In this document: piece by piece, positions 17,348 through 26,698 of the stretch
How positions within the stretch are numbered: the stretch's first letter is position 1
Layout: every line of letters begins with the position of its first letter
Virus record (IMG/VR): IMGVR_UViG_3300023179_000027
Location: 32,001 to 96,000 of that record
Strand: one strand, 5' to 3'
Length of the DNA stretch: 64,000 nt
DNA from: a virus
Lineage: Duplodnaviria > Caudoviricetes
The notes under the pieces: model-generated
Told to the model about the DNA's origin: nothing
Seen by the model: only the letters and a program-made list of their open reading frames with translations
Database searches by the model: none
Position numbers and translations under genes: made by a program

Positions 17348-17439
17348 AACACAGTCGCCAGGATAGGGCGACAACATAGGGAGGGCAGCGGAGTACGCTA
17401 GGCTCTTAAACGACAGCAACTATGCGTCCCGTAGCATTT

Positions 17440-17531
17440 GGAGAGTTGCCCGAGAGGCCGAAGGGAGCGGTTTGCTAAACCGTCGAACGTAGAAATATGT
17501 TCCGTGGGTTCGAATCCCACACTCTCTACCA
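17440..17531 (+). tRNA. tRNA-Ser(GCT)
   Basis: GCGGT-TT-GCT-AA-ACCGT; long variable arm; CCA. Confidence 0.95.
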
Positions 17532-17536
17532 GTAAT

Positions 17537-17610
17537 GTCTCAGTGGTGTAATGGTAGCATGACAGTCTCCAAAACTGTTCGTGGGGGTTCGAATCCCTCC
17601 TGAGACGCCA
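17537..17610 (+). tRNA. tRNA-Trp(CCA)
   Basis: ACAGT-CT-CCA-AA-ACTGT; G73; CCA. Confidence 0.95.
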
Positions 17611-17628
17611 CTTTTAGGTAATATAACT

Positions 17629-17719
17629 GGAAGCGCAAACCGACTGGCGACGGTACCTGTCTTGAAAACAGTTGAGCGTTAATAACGCCTTGGGGGTTCA
17701 ACTCCGCCCGCTTCCGCCA
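17629..17719 (+). tRNA. tRNA-Ser(TGA)
   Basis: CTGT-CT-TGA-AA-ACAG; long variable arm; G73; CCA. Confidence 0.9.
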
Positions 17720-17725
17720 ATCAAT

Positions 17726-17801
17726 GGTGATCTTAGTGTAGTGGTCTGCACATTTCGTTGTGACCGAAAAAGTATGAGTTCAATCCTCATAGATCACCCC
17801 A
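17726..17801 (+). tRNA. tRNA-His(GTG)
   Basis: G-1:C73; TTTCG-TT-GTG-AC-CGAAA; CCA. Confidence 0.95.
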
Positions 17802-17808
17802 GTTTAAT

Positions 17809-17885
17809 CCGTCATTAGTTCAGCAGAATAGAACGCTTGGCTACGGACCAAGAGGTCGGGGGTTTGAATCCTTCATGACGGGCCA
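17809..17885 (+). tRNA. tRNA-Arg(ACG)
   Basis: CTTGG-CT-ACG-GA-CCAAG; T-loop TTTGAAT; D-loop lacks GG; CCA. Confidence 0.9.
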
Positions 17886-17891
17886 AATTAT

Positions 17892-17969
17892 GCATCGGTA
17901 CCAGAGAAGACTAATGGCGCGGTCTGCAAAACCGTTGATTCGTAGGTGCAAATCCTATCCGATGCTCCA
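17892..17969 (+). tRNA. tRNA-Cys(GCA)
   Basis: GCGGT-CT-GCA-AA-ACCGT; U73; T-loop TGCAAAT; CCA. Confidence 0.9.
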
Positions 17970-18006
17970 AAATATTATTTACTATATCACAGATTGTAAA
18001 TACAAT

Positions 18007-18332
18007 ATGCAGGATATATATCAGTATATTAAACTTCCTAAAGATGTTCGCACTGTACACTTAAACCTAGACACAGCCTGTATAGAAAGAGGTGGAGGAA
18101 GTACTTATTGTAAAGGTCTACTAGCCCATTTACTAGAGACAACAATACCTAAAGGACATATCATACATGTCTGTCATGCATGTAATAATAGCAAATGTAG
18201 TAACCCTGAGCATTTGTATTGGGGTACTGCAAGCGAAAACAGGCGTGATAGAGTAAAATATGAAAATCGTTGTTTAATAGAAATATATGCAGATGACTTT
18301 AGAAAAAAGTTAACAGAACGTAGTAAAAAATT

Positions 18333-18342
<10 letters not shown>
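18007..18342 (+). CDS. His-Me finger (HNH / His-Cys box-like) endonuclease
   Basis: HVCHACNNSKCSNPEHLYWGTASEN; stop codon lies inside the next tRNA. Confidence 0.7.
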
Positions 18343-18411
<69 letters not shown>

Positions 18412-18417
18412 AAATAT

Positions 18418-18512
18418 GGTAGATAGCACTGGTGTGCGGCGGAGATTTATAAACTCTGGAGACTGGTCAGATGGGCTGGAACGGTAGGGTTCGAATCCCT
18501 AGTCTACTACCA
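18418..18512 (+). tRNA. Atypical tRNA, anticodon TAT, 4-nt D-loop, very long variable region
   Basis: GGTAGAT/GTCTACT-A-CCA; GCAC-TGGT-GTGC; GGAG(A)-TT-TAT-AA-(A)CTCT; TAGGG-TTCGAAT-CCCTA. Confidence 0.8.
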
Positions 18513-18529
18513 AAAATTGTAGATATAAT

Positions 18530-18700
18530 ATGGATAAAAATGAATTTAGTGAAGATTACGCAAAAACAAGATTTGATATTTGCAAGTCCTGTGAACATTT
18601 TTTTATAAATTTGTGTAAGATATGTAAATGTTTTATGCCAATCAAAACTAGCATTAAATACGCTAGTTGTCCATTAAACAAATGGAAAGAATTGGAGTAG
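18530..18700 (+). CDS. Small Cys-rich protein (56 aa)
   Basis: RFDICKSCEH...CKICKCFM..K......CPLNKW; not in ORF track. Confidence 0.65.
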   Translation: MDKNEFSEDYAKTRFDICKSCEHFFINLCKICKCFMPIKTSIKYASCPLNKWKELE

Positions 18701-18704
18701 ATAC

Positions 18705-19526
18705 ATGTTTAAAAAAATAAAAAGTAGTCAAACCTTTTTACCATCAGGATTCGAAATTTATGATGGTACTTGGGCACAGGTTGGAAAAAATAAGTGGTTC
18801 GGCGGAGATCATGAAAAGTTATTTAAGGAACACTGTAAAAAATTTCCTAGTGACTGGTATTACAGAACTCACGAAGTAAATTATACAGTTAATAGTTTAG
18901 GTTATAGAGCGCCAGAATTTTCTTCAATAAAATGGGAAGAATCAATTGTAATATTTGGTTGTTCTACCGTATTTGGTATTGGAGTGGATGATTCTGAAAC
19001 AATTAGTTCTTATTTGCAAGATATCACTAATATACCAGTTATTAATTTAGGTAGTGGTGGTAAGAGTATTAATTTTATACATCATAATTCCATTATATTA
19101 AGTGAATTTTACAAATTGCCTTTAGCAGTTGTAATTATTTGGCCTAATTTTTCAAGATTTACGATGTATAAACCAGAAGTTGTTGTAAGCCTAAGTTCAG
19201 CGAGTGAATTTGCAAACTTTTGGTCAGAATATTGGTTAGGTACTGAACATAATGCAGAAACATATGCATACTTTGCAAGATTAGCTAGTAAAAATATTTT
19301 CGGATCGAAGTGTATTTATTATGATTTAAGTTGGGATGAAGACACAGCAGATATTTTAGGATGTGAAAATTATCCTAAAAGCAGAATGTCATATAATTTA
19401 TTGCCAGTGCATAAAGCACGAGATGGTGTTCATCAGCCTTCTATACAGTTAAAAGATACTGCCAAATTAATTGCAAAAAATTTATTTAAACAAGGTTTAA
19501 ATTTCTCTTTTGATAATCTAAAATAA
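18705..19526 (+). CDS. SGNH-hydrolase-like hypothetical protein
   Basis: NSLGYR, FGCSTVFGIG, NLGSGG, DGVH. Confidence 0.55.
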   Translation: MFKKIKSSQTFLPSGFEIYDGTWAQVGKNKWFGGDHEKLFKEHCKKFPSDWYYRTHEVNYTVNSLGYRAPEFSSIKWEESIVIFGCSTVFGIGVDDSETISSYLQDITNIPVINLGSGGKSINFIHHNSIILSEFYKLPLAVVIIWPNFSRFTMYKPEVVVSLSSASEFANFWSEYWLGTEHNAETYAYFARLASKNIFGSKCIYYDLSWDEDTADILGCENYPKSRMSYNLLPVHKARDGVHQPSIQLKDTAKLIAKNLFKQGLNFSFDNLK

Positions 19527-19556
19527 GTATTACAGTGCGGACTCAAGTAATAAAAT

Positions 19557-20027
19557 ATGGCATCAATCGTTCCAATTAAAATAGAGCGTTCATGTAATGG
19601 GTGCACTAAATGTTGTGATGGTTGGTTAACAGGTACCGCACATGGACATGACTTTTATCCTGGAAAAAAGTGTTATTGGTCAGGAAAAAATGGGTGTAAC
19701 ATTTATGAGTTTAGACCACATGATCCATGTGTTACGTTTAAGTGTTTTTGGAAAACTAGTCGGCTTGTTCCAAATCATTTTAAACCAAGTACGATTGGTG
19801 TTATCTTTGTTGAAAGATATTTAGATACTTATGCTTTTTTAGATGTTAATTATGGTGGTGCAGTTTTATCTAATGAAGTTATTGATTGGTTGTACAAGGT
19901 TTTTAATGAAAACAAAATACCTCATATTAGATATAGAAAAGACGGAAAATATCGTATATTAAGTAATGATATTGAGTTTGTTAAGCTTATGGAAAATAAA
20001 TTAGGAAAAGAAAATTTAGATAGATGA
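19557..20027 (+). CDS. CxxCxxCC (YkgJ-like) protein
   Basis: CNGCTKCCDGWL; paralog of 16254-16715. Confidence 0.7.
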   Translation: MASIVPIKIERSCNGCTKCCDGWLTGTAHGHDFYPGKKCYWSGKNGCNIYEFRPHDPCVTFKCFWKTSRLVPNHFKPSTIGVIFVERYLDTYAFLDVNYGGAVLSNEVIDWLYKVFNENKIPHIRYRKDGKYRILSNDIEFVKLMENKLGKENLDR

Positions 20028-20581
20028 AAAAATTTTTATTTGAAACATTTTATATTATTGATTCTTTACCAAATCATACGGCTATAAAGCCATTATTATT
20101 AAATGAAATTTCTAAAATTAGCACAAACAATAGCCTTGTAGATGATAATAATTTTATTAGTAAATTAGATTGGCAAAGTAGCGACACTAATCAAAAATGG
20201 AAAGATATATTTTTGCCATATTTAAATTCTAAATTATTAGAAATTGCAAATGATAATGGATATAAAAATATACGTATAGATGAGTTGTGGTTTCAGCAAT
20301 ATAAAAAGAATGGTAGACATGGTTGGCACACGCATGGATCCAACTTTACAGGTATATATTATTTAGAATTGCCAAAATACGCTCCTAAAACTGAACTTAT
20401 TCTACCTTGTTTATGTAAACCATTTACGCCTGATATTGCTGAAGGAGATATATTAATATTTCCAAGTTATGTAGTACATAGAGCACCCATTATAACTAGG
20501 AAATTAAGAAAAACTATTATATCATTTAATTTCACTATGATGATGTTAACAGATATTTTCTTACAAAGTATAGGCGAATAA
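20024..20581 (+). CDS. Putative 2OG-Fe(II) oxygenase
   Basis: WFQQY, HGWHTH, EGDILIFPS..VH, KTIISFN. Confidence 0.75.
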   Translation: MKKFLFETFYIIDSLPNHTAIKPLLLNEISKISTNNSLVDDNNFISKLDWQSSDTNQKWKDIFLPYLNSKLLEIANDNGYKNIRIDELWFQQYKKNGRHGWHTHGSNFTGIYYLELPKYAPKTELILPCLCKPFTPDIAEGDILIFPSYVVHRAPIITRKLRKTIISFNFTMMMLTDIFLQSIGE

Positions 20582-20591
20582 ATAATATTGT

Positions 20592-20664
20592 GCGGGTGTT
20601 CTCCTGGGAGAGGACTTAGCCTTCCAAGCTAATGAAGAGGGTTCGAATCCCTTCGCCCGCTCCA
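20592..20664 (+). tRNA. tRNA-Gly(TCC), tight D-arm
   Basis: TTAGC-CT-TCC-AA-GCTAA; U73; D-arm TCTC-CTGG-GAGA; CCA. Confidence 0.9.
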
Positions 20665-20680
20665 ATAATAGGACTTTATT

Positions 20681-21397
20681 ATGCATAATAATTTTATAAA
20701 AAATGATGGGGTTTCAGTAGTAGATGTTAATACTAAGGGAAACAGAGATTTGGAAGAAATTACCCCTATAACTTACAAACTTAATTCTGGAATCACATTG
20801 AGCTTTACTAATCATTTAGATTGTGGAGGCACATCAGGTTATGAGGAATTTGGTAACTTGGTAAGTAAATATAAAACAAAAAATAAATATAATAGGTGTT
20901 TTGAATGGTGTGCTGGACTAGGAGCTTTTGGTTTTCACATGTATGGATTAGATTTATGTGAGACAATTGTTTTTAATGATTATTATGAATTTGCAACATC
21001 TATGTGTAAAAAAACTGCTTTAGATAACAATATTGCTGATAAGGTAACTGTTTACACTACCGCAAATATATCTAATATACCTACTACTGAAAAATATGAT
21101 TTGGTTATAGGTAATCCTCCACATGTTTGGGAACCTATACTTTTTGAAAATGATAATTCACCTGATGAAAAAGATAAAATGAATTTAACGAGGTGCCTGG
21201 TTGATTATAACATGGAAACACATAATAAATTTTTTACCCATATACGTGATTATATAACAGATGATGCAGATTTATTTATTGTAGAAAATGACCATAGATA
21301 TGTAGAAGATTGGGCAAAGTTAGCAAAACTTGTTGTTGTTAATAAAATAAAAATGTATTCCGAGCTTTGGCATTTAATACATTATAAACCTAAATAA
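20681..21397 (+). CDS. Class I SAM-dependent methyltransferase
   Basis: EWCAGLGAFG, YDLVIGNPPH. Confidence 0.75.
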   Translation: MHNNFIKNDGVSVVDVNTKGNRDLEEITPITYKLNSGITLSFTNHLDCGGTSGYEEFGNLVSKYKTKNKYNRCFEWCAGLGAFGFHMYGLDLCETIVFNDYYEFATSMCKKTALDNNIADKVTVYTTANISNIPTTEKYDLVIGNPPHVWEPILFENDNSPDEKDKMNLTRCLVDYNMETHNKFFTHIRDYITDDADLFIVENDHRYVEDWAKLAKLVVVNKIKMYSELWHLIHYKPK

Positions 21398-21419
21398 TCA
21401 ACCAATAGATACAAAACTT

Positions 21420-21495
21420 GCGGGTATGGTGCTAACGGTTAACACACGACCTTGCCAAGGTTGAGTTGAGGGTTCGATTCCCTCTACCCGCTCCA
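21420..21495 (+). tRNA. tRNA-Gly(GCC)
   Basis: CGACC-TT-GCC-AA-GGTTG; U73; CCA. Confidence 0.95.
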
Positions 21496-21515
21496 AATTA
21501 ATAAAGGAGATTAAT

Positions 21516-22085
21516 ATGCCTGCTGTATGGCTTATAAGTGACACACATTTTGGTCACGAAAAAACCTGTACTGTTTTTAAACGTATGGATGGAAGTCCAC
21601 TTCGTCCATTTAGGAGTGCTGAGGAAATGGATGAAGAAATGGTTAAACGATGGAACGACCGTGTACGTCCTAAGGATAAAGTATATCATCTTGGAGACGT
21701 TGTTATTTCACGTAAGTCACTGCAAATATTAAGTAGACTTAACGGAGATAAGGTTCTTATTCGTGGTAATCATGATATTTTTAAACTTAGTGATTACACC
21801 GAACACTTTAGGGACATTCGAGGATATCATGTTATGAATGGACTTATTCTTAGTCACGTACCTATACATGAAGAAAGTCTTGCAAGATTTGGATGCAACA
21901 TACATGGACATCTTCACGCTAACAGAGTAATGAAAGATAACAAAATTGATAAACGTTACTTTAATGTTAGTGTAGAATGCATAGACTTTGCCCCAATTCT
22001 TTTTGAGGACGCTCAAAAACGTATTGTGGAAGAAGGTGGACATGTTGGTTTCAAAAACGGTAATGGGCCTATTGAAGTAATGTAA
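21516..22085 (+). CDS. Calcineurin-like metallophosphoesterase
   Basis: SDTHFGH, HLGD, GNHD, HGHLH. Confidence 0.9.
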   Translation: MPAVWLISDTHFGHEKTCTVFKRMDGSPLRPFRSAEEMDEEMVKRWNDRVRPKDKVYHLGDVVISRKSLQILSRLNGDKVLIRGNHDIFKLSDYTEHFRDIRGYHVMNGLILSHVPIHEESLARFGCNIHGHLHANRVMKDNKIDKRYFNVSVECIDFAPILFEDAQKRIVEEGGHVGFKNGNGPIEVM

Positions 22086-22095
22086 TAAATAGTTC

Positions 22096-22596
22096 ATGCT
22101 ATACATTTCTTACAGAGGCTTAATTAACGGAGAAGATCCAAGTGTTGAAAATACCCCTAGCCAAATTGCGAAAGCATTTGGTTATGGGTTTAATTGCATG
22201 GTAGATGCTTGGCGTGTTGATAACATCATATATTTAGGCAGTAATTTACCGCTTACTGAAGTTAGTCCAACTTTTCTCAAAGGTAATAGGTTTTGGATTA
22301 ATGCTAGAAATAATGATATGTATACTTGGTTACAATCTCAGCAATTAACAAATTATCCTAACTATTTTACAGTGCAGTTACCATTGCAAAATTATTATAC
22401 CACAAGTAGTAATTACTTATGGACTTTTCAAGACAAGCCTATTAGTAATTTAAGTATTATGGCTATACCTGAATCATATGATAGCGGATTGTTTAGTACA
22501 GTAAATTTACGTTGTCATGGTGTATGTAGTAGTTTATGCCCTACAATTAAACGTATGCGTAATGAGGGGTTAAGTATATATGGGCAGTTTTATTAA
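22096..22596 (+). CDS. Hypothetical protein, degenerate GDPD-like N-terminus
   Basis: ISYRG...ENTP...G...VD; catalytic His appears replaced. Confidence 0.45.
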   Translation: MLYISYRGLINGEDPSVENTPSQIAKAFGYGFNCMVDAWRVDNIIYLGSNLPLTEVSPTFLKGNRFWINARNNDMYTWLQSQQLTNYPNYFTVQLPLQNYYTTSSNYLWTFQDKPISNLSIMAIPESYDSGLFSTVNLRCHGVCSSLCPTIKRMRNEGLSIYGQFY

Positions 22597-22598
22597 TT

Positions 22599-22620
22599 AG
22601 GGCCATATGGCCCTTTTTTT
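22599..22620 (+). terminator. Intrinsic terminator
   Basis: AGGGCC-ATAT-GGCCCT followed by T run. Confidence 0.75.
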
Positions 22621-22636
22621 GTGGCTAAATAACCTT

Positions 22637-23077
22637 ATGACAAGTGAAAACAAATTTTTGTATATTGATGGACGTTTTGATTCTAATAAAGAAATTGTTT
22701 TAAATAAGGTTGTAAATGTCGCTAAACAACATTTTAAATTACCTGATAAAATTATATTTGAAATGCGTAAACTAGGATTTTCAACTTATGGAGAAACAAT
22801 TGTAGATCCTAGGTACAAAAATAGAATTAAATTAAATATAGATTTGGGAATAAATGAAACAGTATATGTATTGACCCACGAAATAATTCATCTAAGTCAA
22901 ATTACCACAGGGCAACTTGCTATGGGCAGAAATGGATCATATGTATGGGATTTCGGATACGAGATCCCAAAACATAAAGTATACAACTTGTCTTATGCAG
23001 AATACTTGCAACTTCCATGGGAAGCAGATGTTGTTAAAAAACAACAGTTTTTCTTGGAAAAGTTGCTTAAAAAATAA
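22637..23077 (+). CDS. Putative zinc metallopeptidase
   Basis: HEIIH and downstream PWE. Confidence 0.6.
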   Translation: MTSENKFLYIDGRFDSNKEIVLNKVVNVAKQHFKLPDKIIFEMRKLGFSTYGETIVDPRYKNRIKLNIDLGINETVYVLTHEIIHLSQITTGQLAMGRNGSYVWDFGYEIPKHKVYNLSYAEYLQLPWEADVVKKQQFFLEKLLKK

Positions 23078-23125
23078 GCAGATTAGTATTTGACAATAAA
23101 TGTGTATGGGTGTATAATGTCTTTT

Positions 23126-23452
23126 ATGCTAAAGAATCGTAAAAAACGCAGTGACAGGAACCATGTAATTTACCTGATTGAAAACAAGTTCACAGGTGAA
23201 AAGTACATTGGGTTGACAGCCCTTATTTACAATGGCAACGTATATAAAACGTTACGTAGGCGTATGCAAAAGCATTTGCAAAGGGCTTTAACTGAGAATA
23301 AAAGTTGGGGTTTGTGTGTTGCACTTAGAACACAAGGACCAGAATCGTTTGTGTTTAGTAAGTTGGAGGTAGTACGTGGTAAAAAAGAAGCACACCAACG
23401 TGAGACTATTTTAATTGCAGAGTTAAAGCCTGCCCTAAATACTTTTAAATAA
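23126..23452 (+). CDS. GIY-YIG nuclease-domain protein, probably leaderless
   Basis: VIY...YIG..R...H...E...N; TTGACA(23090)-17-TATAAT(23113) ends 7 nt before ATG 23126. Confidence 0.7.
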   Translation: MLKNRKKRSDRNHVIYLIENKFTGEKYIGLTALIYNGNVYKTLRRRMQKHLQRALTENKSWGLCVALRTQGPESFVFSKLEVVRGKKEAHQRETILIAELKPALNTFK

Positions 23453-23499
23453 ATTGGCTTTTTGCTATGATAGACTTTTAAATATTATGTGAGGATGTT

Positions 23500-24006
23500 A
23501 TGAACCTAAAAGACCTTTTTGAAGTTTTTAATTATAAAATTACTGATGGTAGTGAATATCAATGGCATTGTTATGGCTCAAATGCTAGGTTCTTAGATTT
23601 TGAAAATGATCATGCAACCGCTAGTGTCATTTTTGATAGTGAAACACAGGTTGTTTATCAATGTGAAGTGTGGCCTAAAAACGAAGGTGAACGCCCTTAT
23701 CGGTATGTAAATCCTGATTATTCTGATAGTTTAAAAAATGAGGCAGAAGAAAAAAAAATAGATAATAGTATTGCATTTGACAATACTAAATTTATTGATT
23801 TGGAAGTGTATGAAGATTTTTTAGAAAAAGGTTTGGCAATATGGAATAATTTGCCTTTTGATAAGCGTATTCAAATTCCTATTGAGGAAGATTTGTTTTA
23901 TGATTTAGCTAAACGTGCACATTATCGTGATATTACCATAAATAGTTTAGTTGAAGAAATTTTACTAAATGTTATAAAGGAACATAATCGTGAAAACAAT
24001 ACATAA
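23500..24006 (+). CDS. Hypothetical phage protein
   Basis: ORF with GAGG RBS; C-terminal RHH-like segment. Confidence 0.55.
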   Translation: MNLKDLFEVFNYKITDGSEYQWHCYGSNARFLDFENDHATASVIFDSETQVVYQCEVWPKNEGERPYRYVNPDYSDSLKNEAEEKKIDNSIAFDNTKFIDLEVYEDFLEKGLAIWNNLPFDKRIQIPIEEDLFYDLAKRAHYRDITINSLVEEILLNVIKEHNRENNT

Positions 24007-24346
24007 AGCAATTTTAGGTTTGGCGTTAATAGCTACCCCACTTATTGCACAGGCTGATTTGTCGGTACGTGAAAGAAATATTGCAATAGGTGGATTGGTA
24101 GTTGGTGCTTTAATTGGCAACTCTATGCAACCAAATTCAATGCCACAAATTAACACCATGCCAATGTATAACATGCAATCACCTGCATACTATGCACAAC
24201 CTGCGATGAATCAATGTGAAGTAAGATATTATAGGCAGGGTTACATTCAAAATTGTTATCCAACTGGACATTATAGAATTACACCCCCTATCATACCACA
24301 CCCTACTCCATATCCACAAAATATTAATTTTTACTATGTAAGATAA
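23990..24346 (+). CDS. Exported glycine-zipper-like protein
   Basis: Signal peptide; IGGLVVGALIG. Confidence 0.5.
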   Translation: MKTIHKAILGLALIATPLIAQADLSVRERNIAIGGLVVGALIGNSMQPNSMPQINTMPMYNMQSPAYYAQPAMNQCEVRYYRQGYIQNCYPTGHYRITPPIIPHPTPYPQNINFYYVR

Positions 24347-24348
24347 AA

Positions 24349-24678
24349 ATGGAATCTACTGAGCAACTAAATAACAAATATCAACCTACACAAGATTGGA
24401 AAGACAATGATTGGGAATTATTTGAATCATGGTTAAGAGGTGTTTTGCATAGTAACATTGTTGATATTACTTTTATAAAGAAAGACGGTACAGAACGGAT
24501 TATGAAATGTACACTTGATCCAAGTTTACTTCCTGAGATTACTAAGCTTACCGAAACAAAGACCAAGAAACAATCAACTACAAGTATTCCTGTCTATGAT
24601 TTAGAAGCCAGTGGTTGGAGAAGTTTCGTTACAAAATCTGTGAAAAGAGTGCAATTTACCTTGTCTCAGGAAAAATAA
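24349..24678 (+). CDS. Sm-like/SH3 beta-barrel (WYL_2-like) protein
   Basis: FIKKDGTERIMKCT...VYDLE..GWRSF. Confidence 0.7.
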   Translation: MESTEQLNNKYQPTQDWKDNDWELFESWLRGVLHSNIVDITFIKKDGTERIMKCTLDPSLLPEITKLTETKTKKQSTTSIPVYDLEASGWRSFVTKSVKRVQFTLSQEK

Positions 24679-24679
24679 A

Positions 24680-25132
24680 ATGTCTTATGACTATGAAAAA
24701 CAAAAGCTTATTAACGAAGAAAGTCTACATAATCCAAGAATCGGTGATTATTGGCAAGAGAGGTTTTGTCCTTACTTCCTTGTAGTTGATGTTAAAGATA
24801 AAGATGTAACTGTATTAAGTTGTCTAGGTGGACCTAACAGTTTTAATCGCAAGCATGAATTATATGCTAGAATTGAACTTGACAAAGATCACTGGACTTG
24901 GGACTTGTCCAAATCGATGGTTGTTGACCGTAACTGGATATTTAAGGCTGTTAAGTATGATAGCGGTGAAGGTTTTGTTGCTGATGTAATTAATAGTGAA
25001 AAGACAGTCAAAATGGCCATGGAGTGGCGTGATTGGAAACAAAAAGATATTCGCAAACAAATCATTAATCTCGAAAAGCAATTTAAAGATTTTACAGGTT
25101 GGTCAGTGTTGAAGGAAGGAGTTACCTCATGA
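24680..25132 (+). CDS. Hypothetical protein
   Basis: ORF in co-oriented run. Confidence 0.5.
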   Translation: MSYDYEKQKLINEESLHNPRIGDYWQERFCPYFLVVDVKDKDVTVLSCLGGPNSFNRKHELYARIELDKDHWTWDLSKSMVVDRNWIFKAVKYDSGEGFVADVINSEKTVKMAMEWRDWKQKDIRKQIINLEKQFKDFTGWSVLKEGVTS

Positions 25133-25532
25133 ATGATAATATTAAAGCAATTTTGAACAAAGCTTCATCAAGTTATCAACAGGCAGATACCAGTTGGGAA
25201 ACAAAAACTAACTTTTTAAATAGGTTTGCTGAACTTATTGTCTTAGAATGTGCCAAGATTGCAGAAAATGCAGAACCTTATCAATCTAGTGATTTGATTA
25301 AACAAAAGTTTGGATTGTGAATCCATTAATTCGTGCTATTTTTTATAAGTCAGTAACAACAACCTATGAAGTAAGACCCAATGAAGATGAAACACATATT
25401 GTAACCAAATTTGATTACGATAATTTTGCTTTATATCTTATACAAGAATCCGTTAGACACCTAAAAGAAAACAACCAATCTGAAGCGGCAAAACTTTTGG
25501 AATCATATTGGACAGAGAATCCTTATATTTGA
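25129..25532 (+). CDS. Two small paralogous phage ORFs (25129-25320, 25317-25532)
   Basis: MN..I..I...FA.L(I/L)..E motif shared with 26996, 27205, 48026. Confidence 0.5.
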
Positions 25533-25586
25533 CAATAATTCCATAGTAGCTTAAATTGTACAGCTTAATCAATTAAAGGAATTCTT

Positions 25587-25796
25587 ATGCGAGTTGAACG
25601 TGTTGGTGGTATCGAATCTAGTCCTGCCCGTGCTTTGTTTTACGAACTGTGGCGTGAAAAGATGAGTGCAAGTGCCAGATTAACAAAATTGGTGCGTGAG
25701 GGTAGTCCTGCTGAAAAAGAATGGGAAATCCGTCGACGGAAAGTAGAACCTGCGGTACGTGTAGAGATTAGCCAAGCCGCTAAAAAGGTATCCTAA
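25587..25796 (+). CDS. Small hypothetical early protein
   Basis: AAGGA RBS; TTGACAATAA upstream. Confidence 0.55.
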   Translation: MRVERVGGIESSPARALFYELWREKMSASARLTKLVREGSPAEKEWEIRRRKVEPAVRVEISQAAKKVS

Positions 25797-25798
25797 AT

Positions 25799-25854
25799 TT
25801 GACAATAAATGGTCATGGGTGTACAATAGCATTATTGACAGTTAAACAACGGAG
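25799..25854 (+). repeat. Early promoter cassette type B
   Basis: TTGACAATAAATGG..TACAATAGCATTATTGACAGTTA..AACGGAG; similar copies at 27439, 44862 and 62383 (minus). Confidence 0.85.
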
Positions 25855-25860
25855 TAGCAA

Positions 25861-26136
25861 ATGGTAACTTATGCACAAATGTCTGAAAAGCAAAAGCGTG
25901 AAGTCCGTATGTATGGATGCACTGAAGACCAAATGCGTGAGTCTGTGGAGCAAAGCCTGACGTTTCGTTTCTCAGGACCTGCTATGATGGCTGCTAGTTT
26001 GATGAGTGATTGTCAGGAAATGTTGTCTAGTGACAACGGTGGGCAGTTTGATTTGATGATTGCCGAGGATGTACGTCAAGCCCTTAATCGTGCTAAATGG
26101 ATTCTGTTTAACTATGTAATGGAAAAACGGGCTTGA
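25861..26136 (+). CDS. Hypothetical early phage protein
   Basis: Directly behind promoter cassette with GGAG RBS. Confidence 0.65.
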   Translation: MVTYAQMSEKQKREVRMYGCTEDQMRESVEQSLTFRFSGPAMMAASLMSDCQEMLSSDNGGQFDLMIAEDVRQALNRAKWILFNYVMEKRA

Positions 26137-26185
26137 CAATAAATGGGCTTGGTAGTATACTATGGGTATAGTGAATAACAAGGAG
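26133..26185 (+). repeat. Early promoter+RBS cassette type A, copy 1
   Basis: TTGACAATAAATnnGnTTGGTAGTATACTATGGGTATAGTGAATAACAAGGAG, 53 nt. Confidence 0.9.
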
Positions 26186-26191
26186 CTACAT

Positions 26192-26449
26192 ATGGTCTGC
26201 GAAAAAGAAGTATTAACTAAAGTTGCTAAGATTATTGATGCCGACATGGCAAGTTTTTGTTTTGGATCACTTAGTGTGATTTGTACAAGGGCAGAAGCCA
26301 AAAAAATTCTTCGAATCCTTAGTAAAGATTACAAGGTTCAAATTAGCAAAGATGGTTCCTATGGTTTTATGTTTGACTTCGTTTGTGATGAAACTCAACC
26401 CAAACGAGATATCTTTTTAGATATCAATGGAACCGGCGGTAAGTGGTAA
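26192..26449 (+). CDS. Hypothetical early protein
   Basis: ATG 6 nt after cassette AGGAG. Confidence 0.6.
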   Translation: MVCEKEVLTKVAKIIDADMASFCFGSLSVICTRAEAKKILRILSKDYKVQISKDGSYGFMFDFVCDETQPKRDIFLDINGTGGKW

Positions 26450-26459
26450 TATTCACTGG

Positions 26460-26512
26460 TTGACAATAAATAAGTTTGGTAGTATACTATGGGTATAGTG
26501 AATAACAAGGAG
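26460..26512 (+). repeat. Early promoter+RBS cassette type A, copy 2
   Basis: Near-identical to 26133-26185. Confidence 0.9.
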
Positions 26513-26518
26513 TTAGAG

Positions 26519-26689
26519 ATGGAATATCTAAAACGAGCCCAACAATACGCAGAAGCCCGCGGGGATGATAATTATTTCCGTGAAGCCTATACTGTATTGC
26601 GGGAAACTAATTCCGTAGAGGACAGTGTTTGGCGTGCGTTGGAATACCTTTATGATGGATTTATAGCAGATTTACTACGATTTAAGTAA
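26519..26689 (+). CDS. Hypothetical early protein
   Basis: ATG 6 nt after cassette AGGAG. Confidence 0.6.
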   Translation: MEYLKRAQQYAEARGDDNYFREAYTVLRETNSVEDSVWRALEYLYDGFIADLLRFK

Positions 26690-26698
26690 CCCTACAGG

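Noticed and set aside
17183-17437. HDV-like (theta) ribozymes after tRNA 3' ends
   Set aside because: I could not build the 6-7 bp P1 plus nested P1.1/P3 fold; kept only as unclassified structured spacers
9808-17719. tRNAs with anticodons TAG, TAA and TGA as possible stop-codon suppressors or recoding
   Set aside because: These anticodons read CUA, UUA and UCA; no CTA/TTA/TCA anticodon was found and genes translate intact in the standard code
17185-18006. ORF-track calls 17185-17379, 17234-17419 and the N-terminal extensions of 17875-18342 and 14341-15036
   Set aside because: They overlap clear tRNA genes; GC-rich RNA simply has fewer stop codons
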